From: an uncultured Mycoplasma sp.
GTDB lineage: Bacteria; Bacillota_I; Bacilli_A; RF39; UBA660
Length of the DNA: 64,000 nucleotides
Direction: 5' to 3'
Assembly (NCBI GenBank): GCA_964616405.1
Contig: CAZTRE010000001.1
Span: 320 to 64,319 of the forward strand
Shown: positions 50,351 to 59,228 of the stretch, piece after piece
Position numbering within the stretch: the stretch's first letter is position 1
Layout of the letters: each line of letters begins with the position of its first letter
Notes under the pieces: generated by a model
Told to the model about the DNA's origin: nothing
Databases searched by the model: none
What the model saw: the letters and a program-made list of their open reading frames with translations, nothing else
Translations under genes and position numbers: made by a program

Positions 50351-50402
50351 CCTTTTCTTTTTTCTTAATAGATCAAATTATAAATATAATAAGAGGTAAT
50401 GT

Positions 50403-51107
50403 ATGAAAACGTTAACAAAAGAAATTACAGAAAAAAAAATAACAATAAAGCTATTTTTATGTAGTATATACCTAATTGTCATAACCATACTTGCGGTATG
50501 TTCTTATCGCTTATTTCAAGAAAAGTATTATGCTAAACCTTGGGGAGAAGTAGAAAGTGTTGAAGAATATTCATATATCGAAGTATCTAAAATGTCCGAA
50601 ACATTTGCCTACTATGAAAAAGAAAACTTAGGTATTCATTTTGTTATTGAAAAAGAAGATACTGGTCTTTGGCACACATATTTAGTAGGAATCAATGAAG
50701 ATGAGTATACTAAATATAAAGATATAATAGATTATACTTATGAACGTACAGACAAAGAACCAATACCTTTAAAAATCTATGGTTATCCAGAAATAATTAA
50801 AGATGATTTAAAAGAGTTGGCTATTAAAAATATTTCTAATTTTGTTCCCGCTGAAAATGAGATTAAAATAACAAATGAGAATTTTGAAACATACCTTACT
50901 AATAGTTATTTAAATACAACCAAAGAAAAAACAGAAAGATTTAGTTTAGCTCTATTTATATCACTAATTCTTTTATTTATCATGATTGCCTTATTTATTT
51001 TTACAATCTTTGATAAAGATAAATTTCTATATAACTTATCAGACGATTTTAATGAAAAAGTTAAAGATTATAAATTAAAAATTCAAAAAAGATTAAAGCA
51101 TAAGTAG
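50403..51107 (+). CDS. two-TM hypothetical membrane protein
   Basis: The ORF has N- and C-terminal TM segments. No family recognised. Confidence 0.5.
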   Translation: MKTLTKEITEKKITIKLFLCSIYLIVITILAVCSYRLFQEKYYAKPWGEVESVEEYSYIEVSKMSETFAYYEKENLGIHFVIEKEDTGLWHTYLVGINEDEYTKYKDIIDYTYERTDKEPIPLKIYGYPEIIKDDLKELAIKNISNFVPAENEIKITNENFETYLTNSYLNTTKEKTERFSLALFISLILLFIMIALFIFTIFDKDKFLYNLSDDFNEKVKDYKLKIQKRLKHK

Positions 51108-51155
51108 TTTTAATAAAAAAATATATCCCGAATATACTAATAAAAGGAGGGATAT

Positions 51156-52394
51156 ATGGAATTTATAGAACTAACAGAACAAGAATATGAAAATTACTGG
51201 GAAACACATCCATTAAAAACATTCCTATCAGCTGTAGAGATAGGTAAGCTAAGACAAAAAAGGTCTTGGAATGTTGTCTATTTAGGGGTTAAAGAAGATA
51301 ATGTAATTTGTGGCGCAGCCATGCTACTAAGTAGAAAAAATAAACTAAATATGTATGAATTCTATAGCCCTAGAGGATTTTTATTAGACTACAACAATAA
51401 AGAACTACTAGAATTCTTTACTAAAGAAATAACTAAATATATAAAAAAGCGCAGAGGCTATATTTTACGAATAGATCCTTATATAATCAACAAAGAGCGT
51501 GATCGAAATGGCGACATTGTTGAATCAGGAATCGATAATAAGCAAGTAGTAAATTATTTAAAAAAAATTGGTTTTAAAAAAGTTCCAACTAAAGATAATG
51601 AACAAGTAAGTTGGATGTTTTCCCTAGACTTAAGCGACAAAACAGAAGAGGACATTTTAAATGAAATGAAATCAAATACGAGAAATATTATTCATAAAGC
51701 TGAAAAGTCAGGAATAAAAATTAAAGAAATATCTTATGATGAATTACCAAAGTTTAATAATATTTTAAAAGAAACTGCTAAAAGGAAAAATTTTAAATCA
51801 AGGAACAAGGATTATTATGAAGATATGTATAAACTTTTTTCTCCTAAAAATGAGGTCAAGTATTATATAAGTGAACTTAATATTAATGATTATGTCGAAT
51901 ATTTAGAACAAGAACTCCAAGAAAAATATAATAAACTAAACACTAATAATATTAAGCAGACCAGAAAGTGTGAACTTGAAAAAGACATTGAAACATTGAA
52001 GAAAAAAATAATTGAAGCAAAAGATATAAAAAAGAAAACCAATAGTGATATAATAACATTATCAGGTTCAATGTTTATGTTAATTCATCCAGAGATAATT
52101 TACTTATCTAGTGGTAACTACGAAGAATACATGAAATTTAATTCCCAATATTTACTACAATGGGAACTAATTAAGTATGGTATTAGGAATGGTTTTAAAA
52201 AACACAACTTTTATGGCATTCCAGAAAATATTAATGAACATCCTGATAATTATGGAATATATGAGTTTAAGAAAGGCTTTAATGGAGTAGTTGAAGAACT
52301 AATAGGAGAGTATGAATTACCTATTAATATTTACTATTATTTATTCAAGTTTGTTCATAAACTTAAGGAGGTAAAATATGCATTACACTTATAA
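51156..52394 (+). CDS. FemAB-family peptidoglycan interpeptide-bridge aminoacyltransferase
   Basis: AGGAGGG SD. It has the N-terminal FLQS-like motif (HPLKTFLSAVEIGKL), a central coiled-coil insert (aa ~240-290) and the C-terminal YEFKKGF motif, as in FemA/FemX/MurM. Confidence 0.8.
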   Translation: MEFIELTEQEYENYWETHPLKTFLSAVEIGKLRQKRSWNVVYLGVKEDNVICGAAMLLSRKNKLNMYEFYSPRGFLLDYNNKELLEFFTKEITKYIKKRRGYILRIDPYIINKERDRNGDIVESGIDNKQVVNYLKKIGFKKVPTKDNEQVSWMFSLDLSDKTEEDILNEMKSNTRNIIHKAEKSGIKIKEISYDELPKFNNILKETAKRKNFKSRNKDYYEDMYKLFSPKNEVKYYISELNINDYVEYLEQELQEKYNKLNTNNIKQTRKCELEKDIETLKKKIIEAKDIKKKTNSDIITLSGSMFMLIHPEIIYLSSGNYEEYMKFNSQYLLQWELIKYGIRNGFKKHNFYGIPENINEHPDNYGIYEFKKGFNGVVEELIGEYELPINIYYYLFKFVHKLKEVKYALHL

Positions 52395-52629
52395 AACAAA
52401 AGGAACATGTTCTACTCAAATTGATTTTGACATCCACAATCAAAAACTATCTAATGTCAAATATACTGGAGGTTGTAATGGCAACTTAAAAGCTATTGCT
52501 GCTCTTGTAGAAGGGGAAGATATTGATACAGTAATCAAAAAACTAAAAGGGATTACTTGTAATTTTAAACCTACATCATGTGGAGACCAATTAGCTAAAG
52601 CTTTAGAAGAGATTAAAGTTAAGTCATAG
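52378..52629 (+). CDS. TIGR03905-type TSCPD domain protein
   Basis: It is 83 aa with GGCNGNLKAI and TSCGDQLAKAL motifs. AAGGAGG SD. It overlaps the femAB-like gene by 17 nt. Confidence 0.75.
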   Translation: MHYTYKTKGTCSTQIDFDIHNQKLSNVKYTGGCNGNLKAIAALVEGEDIDTVIKKLKGITCNFKPTSCGDQLAKALEEIKVKS

Positions 52630-52649
52630 AGTACCTAAGGGTACTTTTT
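52630..52649 (+). terminator. intrinsic terminator
   Basis: The stem AGTACC (52630-35) / GGTACT (52640-45) runs into TTTTT. Confidence 0.6.
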
Positions 52650-52688
52650 ATAATTATAAAATATGATGGGCGAAGCCCAATAAAGTAA

Positions 52689-52717
52689 TTGACATATTTT
52701 CTAAATTACAATAATAT
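52689..52717 (+). promoter_or_regulatory. candidate sigma-A promoter of the GH25 gene
   Basis: TTGACA (52689-94), 17-nt spacer, TAATAT (52712-17). Confidence 0.5.
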
Positions 52718-52805
52718 GAATATAGAAGAATGCAGTCATATTTAAATGTTTAATATCTATATATAAGAAGGGGAAGAATAATAAGTATTCTTCTTAGGTG
52801 TTAAG

Positions 52806-54023
52806 ATGCATATAAAAAACAAGAAAAAAATTATTATTGTGATACTCATTTCAATAATAGTTTTATTAACTACCTTTTTGCTTACCAAACTATATAATAA
52901 CTGGCGTATAGCCAATGCTGAGGTAATTGTAACTTTAAATGATAACTTAGAAGTACCTGTTTATGACCAAGTTAAAATATCCACTTTTATAAAATCAATG
53001 AATGGCAAACTAATAAAAAATTATAAAATAGATACTACTAAAATAGGTAAAAAAGAAATTTCGTTTAAGTATATTAATGATGATAAAATAGAAGTACCCT
53101 ATACTTTTACTATTAATATTGTGGATAAAACTCCACCTCTAATTTTCTCGTCATCTCGTTTGACAATAAATAAAGATTATACTGGAAATCTTGAACAGGA
53201 ATTATTCTGTGGAGATAATTATGATAATCAGCCAACTTGTGAGATTGTTGGTAATTATGATGTATCAGTCCCAGGAACATATCCTTTAACATTTAAAGGA
53301 ACAGACTCTAGTGGTAATATTTCTTCTACAAATTTTGATTTAATTGTGAAAGAAGATAATACAAGTTCTAATAATCCAAATCAATCTAATCTGGTAGTCC
53401 AAAACTATTCTGACTTAGTAGCAAAGTATAAAAATGCCGACACTAAGATCGGAATAGATGTATCACATTGGCAAGGTGATATTGATTTTCAACAAGTAAA
53501 AGACGCTGGCGTAGAATTTGTTTTCATCCGAATTGGAAGCCAAAGAGGAATAGGTGGCGAGTATTTTGTTGATCAAAAATTTGAAAAAAACATTCAAGGA
53601 TTTAAGAAAGTAGGAATACCCGTTGGTGTATATTTTTATTCTTATGCCAATAGTAAATCAGCTGCTAAAATGGAAGCTGAATGGGTAGTAAAACATTTAA
53701 AAGGTTATAATCTAGAATTACCAGTAGTCTTTGATTGGGAAAATTGGTCATTCTATCAGGAGTTTAATTTAAGCTTTTATAACCTGACTGAAATGGCAAA
53801 TGCCTATTTAAAAACGATTGAGAAGTCTGGTTATCAAAGCATGTTGTATAGTAGTAAAAATTACCTCGAATCAGTTTGGTTCGAAACAAAGTATCCAGTA
53901 TGGTTAGCACATTATACAAAGCAAACAGACTATCAAGGTAACTATAAATTTTGGCAACTATGTTCTAACGGAAGTGTCCCTGGAATTATAGGCAATGTTG
54001 ATGTAAATGTCATGTATAAGTAA
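52806..54023 (+). CDS. membrane-anchored GH25 muramidase with Ig-like (DUF5011-type) domain
   Basis: An N-terminal TM segment is followed by an Ig-like segment (DNYDNQPTCEIVGNYDVSVPGTYPLTFKGTDSSGN). The GH25 core is GIDVSHWQGDIDFQQVKDAGVEFVFIRIG...GVYFYSYA...DVN. Confidence 0.85.
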   Translation: MHIKNKKKIIIVILISIIVLLTTFLLTKLYNNWRIANAEVIVTLNDNLEVPVYDQVKISTFIKSMNGKLIKNYKIDTTKIGKKEISFKYINDDKIEVPYTFTINIVDKTPPLIFSSSRLTINKDYTGNLEQELFCGDNYDNQPTCEIVGNYDVSVPGTYPLTFKGTDSSGNISSTNFDLIVKEDNTSSNNPNQSNLVVQNYSDLVAKYKNADTKIGIDVSHWQGDIDFQQVKDAGVEFVFIRIGSQRGIGGEYFVDQKFEKNIQGFKKVGIPVGVYFYSYANSKSAAKMEAEWVVKHLKGYNLELPVVFDWENWSFYQEFNLSFYNLTEMANAYLKTIEKSGYQSMLYSSKNYLESVWFETKYPVWLAHYTKQTDYQGNYKFWQLCSNGSVPGIIGNVDVNVMYK

Positions 54024-54055
54024 TGTTAATATTAGTTGACAAACTTCCAACAACA

Positions 54056-54075
54056 ATTGGTTGCCTGCAACCAAT
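54056..54075. promoter_or_regulatory. 20-bp palindrome, candidate operator upstream of the XRE regulator gene
   Basis: ATTGGTTGC-ct-GCAACCAAT forms perfect 9-bp arms, 39 nt upstream of the XRE start codon. It overlaps a possible TTGCCT -35 (54061-66). Confidence 0.4.
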
Positions 54076-54113
54076 AAAATATTGTATGATTAAAGCGAAA
54101 AGGAGCTGAAAAT

Positions 54114-54764
54114 ATGAATTTAGGAGAAAAATTATATAATTTAAGAAAGAATAAAAATTTATCTCAAGAAGAGGTTGCTAACAAATTGAATGTTACAAGA
54201 CAAACAGTCTCTAAATGGGAAACCGGTGAGTCAAAACCAGACTTTGATAAAATAATTCCTATTTGTGAATTGTATGGTGTATCATCAGATGAGCTGCTTG
54301 GAGGCAGTGAAATCTTACCAGGACAAGAATCATTAAAGAAAGAAACTGCTCAAGTTCCATATAAGAAAAGAGCCTTAATTATAGCCAGTAGTATTTTCTT
54401 ATATTTTTTAGGAATAATTGCTATTATTGCATTTTCTGAACTTGGTCTCAATGAGGTATTTGGTGTCTGCGTCTTCCTAGCATTATCAGGGATCGCTACT
54501 TGTGCTTTAGTTTACCAAGGAATAGTTTTTTCAAAAGCCGAAACTAATGAAGACAAGATGACTACTAATGAAGGAAAAGTAGAAAATAAAAAGGTAAAAA
54601 GAATTTGCCATATTACCGAATTAATAACTGTAGTACTTTACTTGATTATTAGTTTTGCCACAATGGCTTGGCATATTACATGGATTATTTTTCTAATTGA
54701 ATGTGTCGTTGAAGAAATAATAAAATTAATATTTGATATGGAGGACAAAGAAGATGACGAATAA
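54114..54764 (+). CDS. XRE-family HTH regulator fused to C-terminal transmembrane domain
   Basis: The HTH is LRKNKNLSQEEVANKLNVTRQTVSKWETGESKPD. About four TM helices follow. Confidence 0.8.
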   Translation: MNLGEKLYNLRKNKNLSQEEVANKLNVTRQTVSKWETGESKPDFDKIIPICELYGVSSDELLGGSEILPGQESLKKETAQVPYKKRALIIASSIFLYFLGIIAIIAFSELGLNEVFGVCVFLALSGIATCALVYQGIVFSKAETNEDKMTTNEGKVENKKVKRICHITELITVVLYLIISFATMAWHITWIIFLIECVVEEIIKLIFDMEDKEDDE

Positions 54765-55596
54765 AACAAGTTCTATTGTTAAAATAATCTTACTGATGAT
54801 TATTGCTTTACTTTTAACGAGTATTTTAGTAGTTTTACTAGTTAAACCACAATTTAATATTATAAAAAATTCAAAATACAAAGTAGATTTATTATATGAC
54901 GAACAAGTTACAGACTCTCTTTCTAACATAGAGATAACCGGAACTGTTTCAGATGTTAATATAACAACTTCATCTGACTCAACTATCAAATACAGAGTTT
55001 ATGGTAAAGAAAAGGATAATATTGATATAACTAATGAGAATGATACATTAACAATAACTGATAATGATAATTATAATTGTTTTGGTATCTGTTCTTTTAA
55101 ACCAGTAAGAATAGAATTAGAAATACCCGAGAATTTATCCGGTAGTCTAACTATAAATACAAAAACCGGTGATATAAAAATACTAGATAATATAAATATG
55201 ACAACTATGTTAAATACTACCACTGGTGAAGTATATGTTATGAACATTCCAAAATTAACAATTAAAACTACTACTGGAGATATTGGAGTAAATAAAACTT
55301 CTTCTACTTCACTTTCTTCAAAGACTGGTGACATCACGGTAAATACCATTACAGAAAATTGCAAAATAAAAACATCAACGGGCGATGTTGAAATTGACTC
55401 AATTACCCTTACAAAAGATTCTACAATCACTACAACAACAGGTGAAGTAGATGTAAAAAGACCAATTGATATTTATGTAAATGCTATAACTAAAACAGGT
55501 AATATAAATACCTATCACAACAATAGAAAATCACCATATGAATTACTCATTACTACTTCATCTGGTGATATTGAAGTAGCCGAGTATGATGATTAG
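54754..55596 (+). CDS. membrane-anchored beta-repeat protein (DUF4097/putative adhesin-like)
   Basis: GGAGGA (54740-45) sits 8 nt before ATG 54754. An N-terminal TM segment is followed by many T.TGD(I/V) repeats (TKTGDIKI, TTTGEVYV, TTTGDIGV, SKTGDITV, TSTGDVEI, TTTGEVDV, TSSGDIEV). It overlaps the XRE gene by 11 nt. Confidence 0.7.
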   Translation: MTNKTSSIVKIILLMIIALLLTSILVVLLVKPQFNIIKNSKYKVDLLYDEQVTDSLSNIEITGTVSDVNITTSSDSTIKYRVYGKEKDNIDITNENDTLTITDNDNYNCFGICSFKPVRIELEIPENLSGSLTINTKTGDIKILDNINMTTMLNTTTGEVYVMNIPKLTIKTTTGDIGVNKTSSTSLSSKTGDITVNTITENCKIKTSTGDVEIDSITLTKDSTITTTTGEVDVKRPIDIYVNAITKTGNINTYHNNRKSPYELLITTSSGDIEVAEYDD

Positions 55597-55640
55597 ATAT
55601 ACAAATTTTTCCCTATAAAATCTATGTATTTAGTTTTTTA

Positions 55641-55673
55641 AGGAATCATAATTAAGTATGATTTCTTTTTTTT
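55641..55673 (+). terminator. intrinsic terminator
   Basis: The stem AGGAATCATA (55641-50) / TATGATTTCT (55657-66, one G-U pair) is followed by T7. Confidence 0.65.
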
Positions 55674-55806
55674 ACTATTTAATGGCAAAAAAAAATAAAG
55701 CAACGCCTATTTGTAATTACAATATCCCGAAAATACTACCTATGAGATATTCCTGTTGCCTAAATACTACCTAAAACTCTTGATGTTGAACAGGCGTCTT
55801 AATCTT

Positions 55807-56433
55807 TTACTTATTTGAACTTTCGCTACCTTTTTTTATAAAGGCTTTGTAATCACTTACGGTATCTGGATCAAATTTTTTTGTTATTTGACTCGAATTT
55901 TCCCAAAGCCTGATTTCGTTTCGCAGCAAATCTGAATTAACAGATGGGTTTTCTCGATCATTAGCTTCCAAAAGTTGAATCATCAATATAGTACCATCTC
56001 TTGTTGCCTTTACATCACCACTCTTAATAACTTCTCGATAGTGAGGATCAAAAGAAATACTTCTTTCATTATAACGTTTTTTGACAACTGGTTTAAATAA
56101 AAAATAATAAAGATCTCTATCATATCTTAGACCTAAAATAGGGTCATAAACAAAACCTTTTTTTTCAATCCAACTACGCTTATGAGAACAATGCTCATCA
56201 CTACTATCACGAACAGAGCCTTGTACTAAGTTAAAACTATCCATTCCTCTACTTAAATTAATAGCGGCTATATGACTATCTTCACAACAACTATCTTTTG
56301 ATAATACATAAATAGATAAGGGAATTCCTGCAAAACTCAATTGTCTTAATGCTTCTATTAATTCTGGTTCAAACTCAGCAATCTTTCCATCCATATGGGC
56401 TTCCCCGATAACATCATCCAAAATATTACTCAT
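55807..56433 (-). CDS. hypothetical cytoplasmic protein, Cys/His-containing, no family recognised
   Basis: A 208-aa ORF with a GGAGGTGAAAC SD on the minus strand. It has no TM or signal sequence. Confidence 0.55.
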   Translation of the reverse strand: MSNILDDVIGEAHMDGKIAEFEPELIEALRQLSFAGIPLSIYVLSKDSCCEDSHIAAINLSRGMDSFNLVQGSVRDSSDEHCSHKRSWIEKKGFVYDPILGLRYDRDLYYFLFKPVVKKRYNERSISFDPHYREVIKSGDVKATRDGTILMIQLLEANDRENPSVNSDLLRNEIRLWENSSQITKKFDPDTVSDYKAFIKKGSESSNK

Positions 56434-56521
56434 TGTTTCACCTCCAATCAGATATTAATTTTAGCACAATCTTCTAATTAATACAATTGTTTGTTATAAT
56501 AATTAATATAGAGGTGAGGTC

Positions 56522-56926
56522 ATGAAAGTAATAACTGTAAAGCAACCCTTTGCTACATTAATTGCTAAGGGATTAAAAGAATATGAGTTTCGTACATGGC
56601 GCACAAAGTATCGAGGTGATATATTGATTCATGCCGGCAAAGGGGTGGATAAAGAAGCTATGAAAAGATATGAATATCTCAATTTAGATTATCCAAGTGG
56701 TCAAATAATTGCCAAAGCAACCATTACTGATTGTGTCTATGTCGATGATGATTTAAAAGATATTTTAAGAAAAAAAGATCAATTAGTATACTATGGTATT
56801 TTAAAAAAAGATTCTAATTGGGATGGCTATGGTTTTAAATTAGAAAATATTAAGGAAATAGAACCTATTTCTATAAATGGTAAATTAAGTCTTTGGGATT
56901 ATGACTACAATGAAAAAGAAATATAA
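56522..56926 (+). CDS. ASCH domain protein
   Basis: MKVITVKQPFATLIAKGLKEYEFRTW...ILIHAGK is the typical ASCH/PUA-like N-terminus. It is 134 aa. TGtTATAAT lies at 56492-500. Confidence 0.65.
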   Translation: MKVITVKQPFATLIAKGLKEYEFRTWRTKYRGDILIHAGKGVDKEAMKRYEYLNLDYPSGQIIAKATITDCVYVDDDLKDILRKKDQLVYYGILKKDSNWDGYGFKLENIKEIEPISINGKLSLWDYDYNEKEI

Positions 56927-56953
56927 TCAAATTTATATTTCCTTTTTTGTTAA

Positions 56954-57400
56954 TTATAAAAGATTTTTAATTTTTTCTAAATATTCTTCTTGAAAATTAA
57001 CATAACCTTCAATTAAACTTGTTACTTTCTTATCGATTCCTTCATTATTTAGTAACTTTTTTCCATCGATTATACCCATATTTAATCCCTGCAAAAGCAT
57101 CTCAGCTATTTTAGTTGCACTATCATCTTTTATAGTTCGAATCTGTATTCCATACCAAGTCATCGCCTTATTCATTAAAGTTGTCTCATCAGGTTCATTA
57201 TCACTATACTTAGAATATAGTTTATTAATTTTTTCTTCTAAGTATTCATATTCTTCTAATAAATCTTCAACAATTTTTCCAAACTTTTTTCCCTCAATCT
57301 TTTCAAGGACAAATTTAGTGGCGTCTCGTCCCATACAACAACCCTTATTTAATTGATCTAATATTTTTATATTCTTTTCTTCTTTCATATAATCCTCCAT
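56954..57400 (-). CDS. hypothetical helical protein
   Basis: A 148-aa ORF with a GGAGGAT SD. The composition suggests an all-helical protein. No family assigned. Confidence 0.5.
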   Translation of the reverse strand: MEDYMKEEKNIKILDQLNKGCCMGRDATKFVLEKIEGKKFGKIVEDLLEEYEYLEEKINKLYSKYSDNEPDETTLMNKAMTWYGIQIRTIKDDSATKIAEMLLQGLNMGIIDGKKLLNNEGIDKKVTSLIEGYVNFQEEYLEKIKNLL

Positions 57401-57490
57401 ACTTAGTATTATCTAAATTAAAAATAATATACTTTTCATGTTTTAAAGATCTAACTTATGTTATACTAAAATATATTAAGGAGAATAACT

Positions 57491-57943
57491 ATGAAGAAAT
57501 TAATAATATTTTGTTTATTATTTATCACATCAATTTTTTTAGTTGGTTGTGGCGATACAAAAGAATCTCTTACCAGCGAGACGTTCCAAGATGCCCTAGA
57601 ATTAAAAAATTTCACTATTGTCGATGAAACAACTTTAGTATCAGACAATAATTCAATCGTATCATTTCTTATCGCCACACATCCCCAAAATGCTTACACC
57701 ATAAATTTTTATGTTTTTAATAGTGAATCATCCGCTCAAGCATTTTATGTTAGTGAGCGTGAACGTTTTGGTGGACAAGGTTCTTATAATGAATTAAATG
57801 TTGGTAATTTTTCTAAGTATACACAACTATCTAATGGTAAATATGGCGTTGTCTCTAGAGTAGGCAGCACAGTTCTTTATGCTAACATTGATGCTGCTTA
57901 TCGCAACGAACTAAATACTTTATTAAAAGAAATTGGTTACTAA
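57491..57943 (+). CDS. hypothetical lipoprotein
   Basis: AAGGAG SD and the signal peptide with lipobox FLVGCGD. TGtTATACT lies at 57459-67. Confidence 0.6.
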   Translation: MKKLIIFCLLFITSIFLVGCGDTKESLTSETFQDALELKNFTIVDETTLVSDNNSIVSFLIATHPQNAYTINFYVFNSESSAQAFYVSERERFGGQGSYNELNVGNFSKYTQLSNGKYGVVSRVGSTVLYANIDAAYRNELNTLLKEIGY

Positions 57944-57962
57944 AAAGAAGCCTAAATTAATT

Positions 57963-59228
57963 TTAAGCTTCTTTATTTTTTATTGTTGTAACGGTATAAT
58001 TACTAAAATCTAAACTCCTAATTGTCTTCACAAAATCATCATAACTAAATGCTTCGATATCACTAACCTCATCAGGATAGGGATAATTAAAATCCACTAT
58101 ATTACTAACAAAAGGCATAATTGTATCAAATAGATTTTCCCCACGTAATACCATTCTAAGAATAGATTCTCGTCTATCAATTTCAAATATCTCTTTATTA
58201 AAAGAATCAAGTTTCAAAAAAGCATCTTTTATATAATCTTCTAATTCATCGCACTTATCAGTATAAGCCCCAACTGATATTAAAATAAAATTGTTCATAG
58301 GAAAGTCATTACAATTAATTCCTGTAGTAATGATTTTTTCTTTAACTAGTTTTTTATACGCTTTTGAAGTGGTTCCAAAATACATATTAAAAAAATAATG
58401 TAAGTAAAAATCTAATTTTAATCTTTCTTTAATACTAAACTTTGAAAGATTAACTTTATAAGTTACTTCTAAGTATTTCGCTCCAGTAGAAAATTCAACA
58501 ATTCCACGTTTTTTAACTACTTTGTTTTCTTCTTTTGCGCCAAGTAATTTGACATCTTTTTCTTTTATTTTAAGACTTTTATAAAAATTTTTAATTACTC
58601 TTAAAATCTTTTCTTTATCAAAGTTTCCACCTACCACAATAAACTGATTTTTTGGTTGATAAAAAGCTTCAAAACAAACTTTCACATCATCAAGTGTTGT
58701 CTTACTAACTTCTTCTAGGGTTCCACCAATATCTCGGACCTTAATTTTTGAAAAACAATTATCCATTGTCATTCTATTACTATGATAAAACTTATTTCCC
58801 ATTTTTCCTCGGATTTCTTGAAGAATTGGCTTTTTAATTTTCTCTAAGGTTTCTTCATCAAATTGAGGAGAGTAGATACCTCTAAGCATTGTTTCAATTC
58901 CAAATTCAACATTTTCCACAGCTTCAAAGTAATAACGGGTCATATTATAATGCGTTGATGCATTAGTAGACATCTGTGACTCTCCCAAAATTTTTAAAAA
59001 GTTTCCATTAGCATTTTCTTCAACGACATAATGTTCTAAAATATGGGCAATACCATCTTGCATATGATATTCTTTTTCATCAATAACAAAATCTTTAGTT
59101 TGTCCTCCAAATAAAGTAATATGCTGGAAGAAGGTAGAGTGTCTTCTTTTATCTATATAAAAATAAATCGTTAAACCATTATCTAATTTCACTGTTTCGA
59201 TATTACTCATGTTCTCCCTCCTCAACAA
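57963..59228 (-). CDS. M16 (pitrilysin/insulinase) family zinc peptidase, catalytic-type subunit
   Basis: The inverted zinc motif HILEH (GIAHILEHYVVEE) lies near the N-terminus and the two-domain size (~420 aa) fits. Confidence 0.75.
   Translation of the reverse strand: MLRRENMSNIETVKLDNGLTIYFYIDKRRHSTFFQHITLFGGQTKDFVIDEKEYHMQDGIAHILEHYVVEENANGNFLKILGESQMSTNASTHYNMTRYYFEAVENVEFGIETMLRGIYSPQFDEETLEKIKKPILQEIRGKMGNKFYHSNRMTMDNCFSKIKVRDIGGTLEEVSKTTLDDVKVCFEAFYQPKNQFIVVGGNFDKEKILRVIKNFYKSLKIKEKDVKLLGAKEENKVVKKRGIVEFSTGAKYLEVTYKVNLSKFSIKERLKLDFYLHYFFNMYFGTTSKAYKKLVKEKIITTGINCNDFPMNNFILISVGAYTDKCDELEDYIKDAFLKLDSFNKEIFEIDRRESILRMVLRGENLFDTIMPFVSNIVDFNYPYPDEVSDIEAFSYDDFVKTIRSLDFSNYTVTTIKNKEA

Noticed and set aside
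52666-52676. GC-rich mini-hairpin GGGC-GAA-GCCC downstream of the TSCPD-gene terminator
   Set aside because: It has only 4 bp, no T-run and no flanking conservation that I can assess. It is probably incidental.
52773-52793. 8-bp hairpin GAAGAATA/TATTCTTC just upstream of the GH25 gene SD
   Set aside because: It is not followed by a U-run and does not sequester the SD (AGGTG at 52796-800). There is no evidence for a regulatory role.
55071-55430. 119-aa minus-strand ORF
   Set aside because: It is antisense to the repetitive T.TGD(I/V) region of the DUF4097-like gene. Repeat-driven open antisense frames of this kind are common.
55711-55722. Perfect 12-bp palindrome TTGTAATTACAA
   Set aside because: It is entirely A/T-dominated, and roughly 16 or more perfect 12-bp palindromes are expected by chance in 64 kb. 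It sits between convergent genes with no promoter to regulate.
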